NCBI GenBank assembly: GCA_028534125.1
Contig: CM052824.1
Coordinates: 37,386,001 to 37,450,000, forward strand
DNA length: 64,000 nt
Direction: 5' to 3'
From: Lama glama
Taxonomy: Eukaryota
Made by a program: the position numbers and the translations under genes. A model generated the notes under the pieces. It had not been told where the DNA came from, did not search any database, and was given only the letters and a program-made list of their open reading frames with translations. Of this stretch, positions 54,317 through 64,000 are shown piece after piece (the stretch's first letter is position 1; each line of letters begins with the position of its first letter).

Positions 54317-57300
54317 CTGCGAGAGAATGAAGAAGGCCCTCAGCAGGGGCGTCCACAGCTGGGGTTGGGGGTCCTCAAGAGGAAGAACTCGGGGTGCAGG
54401 CTGACTTAGGTGAGAGAGGAAGGGAATGACAGAGTGAGGAGGGCCCTGGAGCGTGGAGTTCTTACCATAGGGACACGGCTGCTTCCTGTGCTCCGCCGTG
54501 AGCGGCTTCTTACGCAGGAAGTTGTCCAGGCTCGGCCCGTGCCGGCCCAAGGGGTCATCAGGGGGCATGAACCTGCAGAGGAGGTAGGAGGCATGAAGGG
54601 GGACTTCCCAGTGCCAGGGAGGGGGCTGCACAGGGAGCCTCGCTAGGAAGAGTAGGAAGGCAGCTCCTAAAACTGGCGTCTGCCCAGCAGGACATCCTGG
54701 GCGGGATGGCTTCAAGGAAGGGACGTCCCAGTCCAGAGGGCCACAGCCATGGGCGCCTTTAGGGCAACTCTCCTGCTGGGAGCTCTCTGACTCAAAGGCT
54801 GCATCCACTGGCCTCTGGTCAGAGCTTCAGTGCTGGGAACTGGAGAGGTCCTCTTGGAACCACTGACCACATCCTGTCCCAAATGCTACTGCTCCATCCT
54901 ACAAATTATAAAGCCTGACCTTTCCTATGTGGAGCCACGTCCATCTTGCTCTCAGAGCTGCCAGGACCCAAGGCCGTGGTCCCCCAGCAGAGCTCCCCCA
55001 GCCCTGGCCCTCCTGGGAGCGTCTCTGGCCATCGAGTCCCTTCCTGGCGGGGACGTACTTGTCATTGACGAAGGAGTACATGAGAAGCCGCTCCTCGATG
55101 AAGCGCTTCCACTCCTGCCGCTCGCTCTGGAGGTCCCGGTAAGTGTCATTGGACACCACGATGCCATCGGACTCGAAGGCCAGCTTCACGATGAAGCGGT
55201 CGTCATAGCACACCACTCGCTTGCCACCCACGCGCCGCGACGGGGTGAACACCAGGATCTTTTTCTTCTCCAGTTCCCGCAGGATGTGCTGGTCTGGGAG
55301 GTGTCAGGGGCGGAGGTCAGGGTCCAGCCCGGACCTAGAGCCAGCCCTCAGGGCTCCCTGACCCCGTGGTGGCCAGGCACTGGGTTCTGAACTCCAGGGT
55401 CAACTCTGCGAAGGCCACCGCCACATCCCAGTCCCTCACTGGGCCTGGTGCAGAGTTTATGGCCAAAGACCAAGAACCCCTGAAAACAGGCCAGCAGGTC
55501 CTGCTCCGCAAAAGCTCCAAAGTAGAGCTGGGCCACCTCCCTCCCCGTCCTGGACACCAGGCTCGGGTGGGCCCAAGGTGAGCTTGGCTTTGGTACTCAC
55601 CCAGCCTGTCCCTGAGAGATTAGAAAGGAGCCCCCGCTTAAGCTGGGACAAGAGCAGTGTCTCAGCTCTGTCTCCTACAGAGCTAGGACAGAAGGGACCG
55701 CTTTTCCTGGAGTGAGTGGCCCCAGCCAGCTTGCCTCCAGATCTCAAGACTTCTAGGGAAATAAACTTGGGTTTTTGTCCCAAAGGTGGGTACTTGTGTA
55801 AGAGCAATGTTAACAGGTGGCACTGGCTGAGCATTTGCTGTGTGCCAGGTGTTCTTCTGAGCACTTCCATGTATTAAGTCATGCGATCAACCCTGCAAGG
55901 TTATCAAACCCTCACCTCATCCCACGTCTCAAGATGAGGAGCAGGTGGCTCAGCCACTACGCCACACTGCCCCTGTACCACAAGGCTGTGGAGACAGCAT
56001 GCAACCACCGGGTGAGGGAGATGCCTGGTACTCGGAGGCAGAGGCTGCTCCAAGGATCACTGTTCAGAGCAGGAATGCTGAGGACAGCCAAAGCTGGGAA
56101 AAGCGGGGACTGAACGCTAGTCCCTCCTTGGGGCCTCAAAGCTGCTGCATACCCCAAGGGTCTCTCTTGAAGGGAACCAGGGCTCCTGGGGCAGTGAGAC
56201 CACCCCTCTTCCAGAGGTGCCACTCACCTGTGNNNNNNNNNNNNNNNNNNNNNNNNNNNNNNNNNNNNNNNNNNNNNNNNNNNNNNNNNNNNNNNNNNNN
56301 NNNNNNNNNNNNNNNNNNNNNNNNNNNNNNNNNNNNNNNNNNNNNNNNNNNNNNNNNNNNNNNNNNNNNNNNGAGGAGAGGAGGGCCGGATCAGCCTGTG
56401 GGCCTTGCCCCAGGCCTGCACAGAAGGAGGCGGGCTGCACTCCAGCCCCTGCCCTGGCTGGGGACCCAGGGCCTGTATTCCCTGCTGGTTCCCACAGCGC
56501 CGGGGATGGCCAGCCCCGGGACTTTCCCTGAAGTGTCTCCTGACAGTGAGGAGACGCCCAGGAATCTGGCAGCACCCGCTCCCGACGTGGGGGAGGGTCA
56601 GGCCACTTACAACACACCTGGGGGTGGGGGAAAGGCGCTGGGACCACGGGGACACAGATGTACACAGGCCGACTGAGTCACCACCCCTCCCTCGCCTGCT
56701 CAGCAGGGCTGCGGGTGGGGACAGGGGAAGAGAAACCAGATTGTTCCGGATTAAAGTTGGATTAAAGTTCAGTCCTGAATAGACCCAGACCTCAGGGCTG
56801 GGGCCGAGGAGAAGGAGCCTCGATTCAACCTTCAACTTGGGGCAGAAGGCTGTGGTGGGGCCTTTTAAGCCTGAAAGTGAAAGGATGCTGCTTTTCCTCC
56901 CAAGACTGCCAATTCCCCAAAACCCCAGCCTGCCTTCCTCTCCTCACCCTTCCAGGGAGAGCATGACCCAAGGCCAGAAGATGTTCTGAAAGACAGTGGG
57001 GCCTCTGCCAGCAGGAGGGCCTGGAGATGGGACATTGCCCTGCTGCAGTCTAATGACCAGACCTCGCCCCATCCAAAGGTGGCTGGACCCAGAAGCAAGT
57101 GCTGACGTTGCTCTGGCTCAGTTTCTCTATCTGAAAAATGGGCCGGGGAGTCTGCTGCTTCCCTAGGAAGGGTCCATGTCAGTGGGACGATGTTCCTGTT
57201 TGCTTGAGGCCAAAGACAGTCCAACACCGTGGAAGCTCCAGCTAGCTTCCTGGGAGGGTGGGAGGGTGCAGGGGCTCCCAGGTAACACTAGGTGTCATGG

Positions 57301-60300
57301 GTGCACTCCAGGACCAGCTGAGGGGGCCCCCTTCCCCACAGCCTCTGCCCCTCGCTAACCTCTCAGTGAGCAACTCAGACTCATGTATTTGGCAAATAAA
57401 ACAATAAACGTTACGCAAAAGAGGCAACTCCATGGCCGACCACATCCTGTGGGTGGCTTTGAGGGGGGTGATAGCGGGAGCCCCGAGGGAACATAGCAAG
57501 GGAGGTGGGGCAGCTGGGGGGCATGGAGGCTCTATGGGAGTGAGGTTGGGGTTCCCAGGACTGAAGGTCTCTGTAAATTGTAGGGGAGGCAAAGTCCAGC
57601 CCAAAGACAGTGCTCATCCCTGCCAGGTGGAGCCCCCCTGCCATCCACCAGCATGCTTGAAATGAAAGTTAACATTTACTACTGAGAACTGTGAGCCAGG
57701 CCCTGATCAAGCAAGCCTCTGAGGGTGGTACTATCATGAAAGGCCCCTTGCCCCTTTATTCAGACTAGGAAGTTGGTCCACAGAGGGCAACTGGTTGCCA
57801 GCATCACAGCAGCATTTGTGGAACAGATGCAAATTGAGACTGTGCTCACGACCATGAGTGCTGATGCTCAGACAAGTGCCAACCCTGACGGCGGACTGGA
57901 GCGGGGATTAGCAGGTGCCCAGTTCGTACTGGAGACCACGCACATCACCCACCCCCTTGCTTCATCCTTACGAGGCTCATCTAAGGTTCTCTGGCTACTG
58001 GTAAGGGACAGAACTTGAACTCATGTCTGGGGGCACTGGACTGCCTTCCTGCCCCAACAGAAGAGTTGAGTTTATTTAGGAGGGAGAAAAAGCTCCCAAG
58101 CTTGAGTCCGAACAAAGTGTTAAGAGGGTGGGGCAGGCTGGGAACAGGTTAAATCATGCATCTGGCAAACTCCTGCTCCGTCAGGACCCAGGTGGTGTCA
58201 CTGCCTCTGAGAAGCCTTCCCTGACTTGACAGGATGGGTTAGGTCCCTGGTCTGTCTTCACAACGCCCAGGGCTTCCCCCTGCCCTCAGCCTTCTGCTGT
58301 TTCCCCAAGAGTGGGGGTATGACCATCTCTGGCTTGTCCCTGTCTTAGGTACAGTCTGTACATGCATGTATCTACCTCCTTGTACACACGTGTGAATGGC
58401 TATGCCCCATCCCAGGCCAGCATCTTCAAGCCCTGGGACAGTGGGACACCAGGTCTTCCAGGACAGTGTACTGCTTCTGGGCATCAGAAACCTTGGCTGT
58501 GGACTAGTCTGCTGTCAGCTGTCCTGGCCCACAGAGCACTCCCCAAGCAGGTAGTCAGAGCCCTACTCTTGGCAGTAGTAGAACACATGTTCTAGTCTCT
58601 CCTGCCAAGCCCAGATACTGCCCTCCCAAGCCAGGAGTGCCTCCCTACGACTAACTTTAGTCCCTCTCGCTGCAATGGAGGAAGCTCTGCTGGCATAGGA
58701 AAACCAGACATCCTCCCACCCTCACTGCAGTCCTGTTCCCCAGAAAGTCAGGGCCCCCTAGCCTGGCTAAGGAGACACTGGTGAGACTCACTGGTGTGAT
58801 CCCACAGGCAACTCCAGCTCAGTGGCTCCCGCCCCAGGGCAGAGGGCAGGGCTGAGCCAGGATACCCAGGTGAAAAGATCTGCCCCAGCTGGGCCCAGCT
58901 AGTGGAGAAAAATTCCCTTAGAAGGAAACAGAGGTGAATTTCCCCACGATTTGCATATAGTAGGGGCTGGCCCGCCTGCCCCTGGCGGGGAGGGGGCAGA
59001 AGGGCAGGAACCCAGTAGCAGCTGAGACAGGAAGTCTGAGGCTGGAATTCCCCTCTTGCTGCAGCCCCGGCTCAGAAAACCCCTGCGGCTCGGTCACCCC
59101 CAGCGCCACCTGCCCCTCCTCCTGTCCTGGCCCCTCCTCCTTCGGCTGGGATACAAACACACAGGGCACATGGCTGCCCCTGGGGCTCCACGGCATTCCG
59201 GCCCAGCCCACGTCCCTGGAGGACGGAGTCACCCACCCGTCCCAGCTCCTTACCCAGCCAAAAGCTGCTGGAACCTGAGAGAGATCCCCTAACTCTCAAA
59301 ACACATGTGACCAGCTGCCACTGGCCTGTAGGAGTCAGCTTTCCTCAATTTCCATCCAGGCTCAGCTCATTTCAGAGGTGGGAAGACTGACCCAAAGATG
59401 GCCAGAAAGAGGCTATCTGGACCTCCGCTGACCTAGGCTAGGCAGGACCAGTCTGACAGCTGGCTTGGCCCAGGTGGGCCAGGTGTGGGAGAGGCAGAGG
59501 TGCCACAGGCACAGAGGCACACAGGCAACCATTCAGGAGATCCTTCAGGGAAGCCAGGAATCCCTTCCCACTCCACACCTGTGCCTGGGGTCTCCCTGCC
59601 CACACCCATAGGAACTTTTCCTTGTGAACCATCCGCCCAACCCTGACTCACCAGCCTGCCTTGAAAGGACTGGGAGAAAGTGGGGCCAGAGGGCAGAGCT
59701 TGGATGGAAGGGAGGTCTGGGCAACCTGGGATCAGTGGCAGCCCTGCCCACCCCCATACCATGAGAATCATGAGAACCTAGAGGAGAAGGGGGGACGGCT
59801 ACCTGGGCTGAGTCCTGGGAGCCCCCAGAGCCCAGTCCAGCCCAGGTGGCTCCAGCTGAAGCAGAGGGGACCCAAGTCACAGCTCATCTGAAGCCAAAGC
59901 ATCAGGCCACCTGCCTGCACCCCTGATGTAGAGTCAGACCCTTGAGGTTACTTTTGGTCACAGCTACACAGGCCTCAGGGGCTAGGCCTGCTTCCATGGG
60001 AGCCCAGGTCTGGGAACAATAAGGCCTCAGAAGTCCCAGATCCTGGATAACAGTAATAATAACTGTTAACAGTAATAACAATCAGGACTGCTGATTCCTG
60101 AGCCCTTACTTCTTTCCAGGTTCTGGGCATTCACCCCTCACAACCACCACCTGAGGGGTGGGCTGGCCCCATCTCATGGATGAGGAATGAAGCCTCCAGT
60201 ATGAGTAAGCTGGAGCCCACGGTCTGATCCCTCACACCACATGGCCTCACATCACAGAGAAGGAACTGAGACTGCGAACGCTGGCTCTCATGAAGACCAT

Positions 60301-60991
60301 AAAGGAGCTCTGGAGACAGGACCTGAGTTCAAATCCTTGCTCCAGCACTTACCAGGAGTGTGACCTGATCAACTCTTTTGAGCTCCCCAAATATCCCTAA
60401 AAACCCACTTCCAAGAAGCCATGAGGATTCAAGAGCCTCCTGGCATACAGTAGGGCCTCCAGAAAGGGCTTTCCCTTCCTCTAGACCAGTCTCTGAGAAG
60501 AGGTCAAACTCCTTCCTGAAGTCCTCTCTACCAGAGGTGCAGAGACACACGGCCACGATTCCTGGCCACAGTCTTGGCCACAGAAGTGACATGTACCTCA
60601 TGGCCACGTTGCTCCCATCAATGACCACGGGCCTCAGGTCACTGCCCTCCTTGTCCTCCTCGGGGGGTGAGGGCTCCAGGATGGGAGCCTTGGGGGTGCC
60701 TCCACCCCGGGGCACCAGAGGAAGCTGAGGGCTGGGGTCTGGTGACACCTGGCGCTCCCGCTCCGCCGCTGACCCATGTTTCACCAGCTCGCCCAGCACT
60801 GTGTTGGTGTCCGCCTGGACCCCCAGCTTCTGTAGAACGCTGTGGATCTCAGCAGAGGAGTAGCCCAGCTTCCGGAAGAAGTCAACTTTCATCTGCAGCT
60901 CCGCAGTTGTCGCCTCCTCCGCGGTGGGCTCCTGGGCCGGCCTGGGGGTCCCTTGGCAGCTGTGGCAATCTTCAAGTTCCCACAGACTCAT
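53442..60991 (-). CDS. ZC3H12A: Regnase-1/MCPIP1 endoribonuclease (PIN RNase + CCCH zinc finger), 583 aa; exons 60597-60991, ~56228-56367 (mostly N), 55059-55293, 54466-54572, 53442-54316
   Basis: 395+140+235+107+875=1752 nt. Motifs seen: MSLWELED..., LVPR/G MALT1 site, [15 protein letters not shown] and SNDTYRD acidic residues, [18 protein letters not shown] finger, DSGIGS degron, C-terminus [12 protein letters not shown]. Confidence 0.96.
54466..54572 (-). CDS. ZC3H12A: ZC3H12A exon 5
   Basis: ctgcag|GTTCATG...CTATG|gtaag; encodes [23 protein letters not shown]. Confidence 0.95.
55059..55293 (-). CDS. ZC3H12A: ZC3H12A exon 4
   Basis: ctcccag|ACCAGCAC...GACAA|gtacgt; encodes [34 protein letters not shown]... 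Confidence 0.95.
56228..56367 (-). CDS. ZC3H12A: ZC3H12A exon 3 (PIN domain; 135 of 140 nt are in gap 56233-56372)
   Basis: Visible 3' end CACAG|gtgagtg; polypyrimidine tract on the other side of the gap; a 140-nt exon restores the frame. Confidence 0.8.
56518..56527 (+). promoter_or_regulatory. Canonical NF-kB site in ZC3H12A intron 2
   Basis: Exact GGGACTTTCC. Confidence 0.6.
60597..60991 (-). CDS. ZC3H12A: ZC3H12A exon 2 (coding part; the exon starts at 61071)
   Basis: ATG at 60991 in CCCGCCATGA context; donor AG|gtacat. Confidence 0.92.
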
Positions 60992-61379
60992 GGCGGGGCT
61001 GGCTTCCTGAGTGGGCCTCTTTCCACTGGCCACTCACAGCTCAGACCACTGGAAGGTACCTGTCACAGCTCCTGTAGGCCAACAGAGAGGGTTAGGGATG
61101 GGGAATGGCTCTCTCACCCCTCTCCTGCCCCGCCCCTCGAACGGGAGAAGGCCACACTGAGTGGTGGCAGTAGGCAAAGCCATTTTTGATTGTTACCTTG
61201 TTACCCTCTCAACAGCCCTCCCAAGCTAGGGATCGTCATTCCCATTATGTAAGGGAGGAGCCTGAGCCACAGACAATTCAGAACTTGCTCAAGGTCATCC
61301 AGCTGTTAGCTGGTAGCGCACGGATTTGAACTCAGGCAGTATGACTCCTCCTCCCACTCCACCCCCAGCGGCCCCGCCA

Positions 61380-62420
61380 ACTCAGAGGACCCAGAAGTCG
61401 TGGGAGGCCTCAGAGGACCTTGCCGCGCCCCCACCACTGCTGGGCGGAGCTCTCGATGGAAACCCACGGGGCTGGAAGTGAGGTGGTGGGGCGGGGGCTT
61501 CCCCGTTGAAGCCATTGCCTCTTCTCGCCCGCCTGCCCCGTGCCCGGAGCCCAGGCCCAGGAGGCGCAGGGTCCGTGGCCCGGACTCCCGGACTAGGGGA
61601 GGGGAAGTTTCCGGCTGACCCACCAGCGAGAAAAGTTGCTGGGAAACTCTGGTTGGCCTCCGGGCTCGGTGACGCGGCGGCTGTCCCGGCCCAGAGCCCC
61701 GCTCTCGCTCGGCTTCCCCTCCGAACCTAGGTCTTCCTACCTCCAGGATCGCCTAACTTGCGCTAAGTTGGAGGGGGTCCCGGGGACCGGCGAGGCCGAA
61801 GGGGACCGGCCCTCACGTCTCTCCCTTTGCGGTCGGTCCCAACCAGAGCCCTCCCCACCCCCTCCTCCGCCCGCCCGGGAGCCTCGCGACCCCGACCTGC
61901 CGGGCGCGCCTCACCCCGCCGTGGGCCAGCCACAGCCGGCGGCTTCTCCATGGGGCCGAGTCGTTGGGGGGCCAGGCCGGCGACGCCTTTATACAGGGCG
62001 GGTGGGCGGGCAGGTGGCGCTTGGGCCCGTGACGCGGAAGCCGGGCAGGGCAGGCGAGAGCCGGTCCGGGCGGCAGGGGGCGGAGCGGCCACCGCCCCTT
62101 CCTGCTCCGCCCCCGCGCCGCCCCGCCCCACCCGGCCTCCGGCCCCGCCCCCGCAGCTCTAGCGCGCCGGGCCGGGCCCAGAATGGGGGGGATACGGGGT
62201 CGCAGCCCCTTCCGTGAGCCTGGAGGCTCAGCGGCGAGGAGTTCCGCAGGGCAGGAGTGCACGGTCCGCAGGCGTCAGGTAAGCCCAGGCTGAACCAGGT
62301 ACGCGCACCTAGTCAGGCAGCGTATGGAGATACAAGCACAGGTATAGCCACGTACGTTCAGAACTAAGAATGCTGAAGGTACGGTCCGGGACGCATCACG
62401 GGAATCGGGCACACGAGGGC
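61380..62420. promoter_or_regulatory. ZC3H12A CpG-island promoter with TATA box and GC boxes
   Basis: TTTATA at 61988-61993; several GGGCGG/CCGCCC boxes at 61995-62150; CpG-dense. Confidence 0.85.
61915..61965 (-). other. ZC3H12A: ZC3H12A exon 1 (5' UTR); 5' end approximate
   Basis: TATAAA on the minus strand at 61988-61993; donor GGCGGG|gtgagg at 61914. Confidence 0.65.
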
Positions 62421-64000
62421 TGGTCCACACACCATTGGAGGCAGAGCCATAGTTATAAAGCTAGGTACACCCAGGCAGGCACTTTTCGGATTGAGGCAGG
62501 AACACTCAACAGGTACATCATGACTGCAGTAGGTACACAGAAGTGGGGCCCCACCCAGGGCCAGGAACTTTTTTTTTTTCCCTGAAATAGGACATTGCCA
62601 GGATAGAAAGGCAGGTACATCTTGCCTTGTCCCAGCTGGAAAGACTTGCGACCAGGACCAGGAGGTCCCATTCCAGGGCACGAGGTGCCACCTTTGTCAG
62701 TTTTGAAACCACCAGTGACCCCCACCTAGCCAAGTCCCTGCTTTATTGCCTGGTCATCTTTGAGGACACTAAAGTATCTCTTCATCTGTGCGCCCTGGGC
62801 ACAGCAACCCCAGGGACTGGCCTCCAGGAGAGAGAGAAAATGAGCCCCACTCCGGTGTGTCAGCTCACACCCAATGCTATGCTCCTCCCGTGCTCACCAC
62901 ACGCTGCCCAGCGCTGTGTGTGCTGTAGCCCTAATCTTCACAACAGCTCTTTCCAGAGTTGTGAATAGTTCAGTGAAAAGTGTGATCTATTTAGGCATTT
63001 ATTCATTGTAGTAACTACCTTTAAGGTAGTAAACATATTAAGTAATGTGTCCGGGCTAATAACCATGATGATAAGCCAATCACAGCGGTAATGCCTCACA
63101 TCGATGGAGTACTCACTGGGCGGCAGGCACTGTGCCAGCTTCTTGCAGACACTTATGTGCCTTTGCATCTCCTTCCTCTGCTCAGGGAGTGCCCTCCCCT
63201 TCTTCCCTCCCTACTGCTGCATGGCCAATTCCATTCCTCTTTTTGATGATGTCACCTCCTCTGTGAGGCCTGCCCAGACTCCCTCGATGCTGAGTTGCTT
63301 CCTTCTCAATGCTCCCACAGCATCCTGCCCGGGTCCCTACGTGCTGGATTGTGATTGCCTGCTTGGGACCTCCTCCGGGGCCAGGATGGGGTTGAGACTC
63401 CACCCGTACTCCCAGACCCGGTGCTGCCCAGCACTGTTGCAGCGGGAGCCGGCAGAACTGGGCGATGAGTCACGCAGCTCTGTGTCCTCCCAGAGTGAGC
63501 CGCAGTCTCTCTCTCTTCCGGCTCTTGAAGGCGGCTCTTTCCCGAGAAGCTGACTCTCTCTCTTCTGCAGACGCCAGGGCTGCTATGGGGAAACCCTGCT
63601 CCACGTATAGCTGGATTTTGCAAACCTTGTCCCCAGTCCCCAAGAGCCCTCTGGATCTAATATGCCCAGCCCCCGCCCCCCCCTGCCCCCTTGCCTCCAC
63701 CCCTTCTTGCACGACTGTCTTAGTCGCTGGGCTTGCCAACTTCCTTGCTGGAGCCTTCCTGCTCTCCTGTCACCTGCCTGCACCTGGCCAGGCTGGGTGG
63801 GGTCTGCACAGTTCCAGGACTGGTCACCACCTGGGTGGCAGGGTGGAGGGTGCAGGAGAGGCTGAAGAGGGAATGGTCCTAGGAATTACCTTGGCCTCTG
63901 GTAGCTCCACCAGGCAGCTCAGACTGGAGAGGACACAAGACCTAGGTCACCTCTGTAGAAAGGGTGAGCAGGCTGCCCCCCAAGCCTTAGCAGAGTGCCT

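Noticed and set aside
56373-56430. Orthologue of the human intron-terminal miRNA MIR6732 (recalled at the end of ZC3H12A intron 2)
   Set aside because: Only a short AGGCCT-GGGG resemblance, weak pairing potential, and the 3' end is in the gap; it cannot be supported.

Overview
This is mammalian (eukaryotic) genomic DNA, most likely camelid, judged from several copies of a tRNA-derived vic-1-like SINE. It is a draft assembly with nine N-gaps. The gene order matches the conserved human 1p34.3 block: DNALI1 (minus strand; only exons 1-2 lie in the window) head-to-head with SNIP1 (plus, 4 coding exons, 397 aa), then MEAF6 (plus, 191/201 aa isoforms), converging on ZC3H12A/Regnase-1 (minus, 583 aa). 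Exon boundaries were read from GT/AG sites and reading-frame continuity. MEAF6 exon 5 and ZC3H12A exon 3 lie almost entirely in N-gaps. Introns are rich in L1, L2, MIR, LTR and Tigger remnants. No CRISPR array, rRNA gene, true tRNA gene or prokaryotic system is present, and I found no new multi-gene system. The best leads are regulatory: (1) the DNALI1 upstream ATG is the core of an RFX X-box and is out of frame here; (2) ZC3H12A appears to have lost its first start codon and has a spliced uORF ending over the old start; (3) MEAF6 has extra candidate exons and a frameshifted alternative terminal exon; (4) a divergent-transcript splice donor followed by a dense AGGTAC cluster lies upstream of ZC3H12A. 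All comparisons to human, mouse or repeat consensus sequences are from memory and need alignment to confirm.
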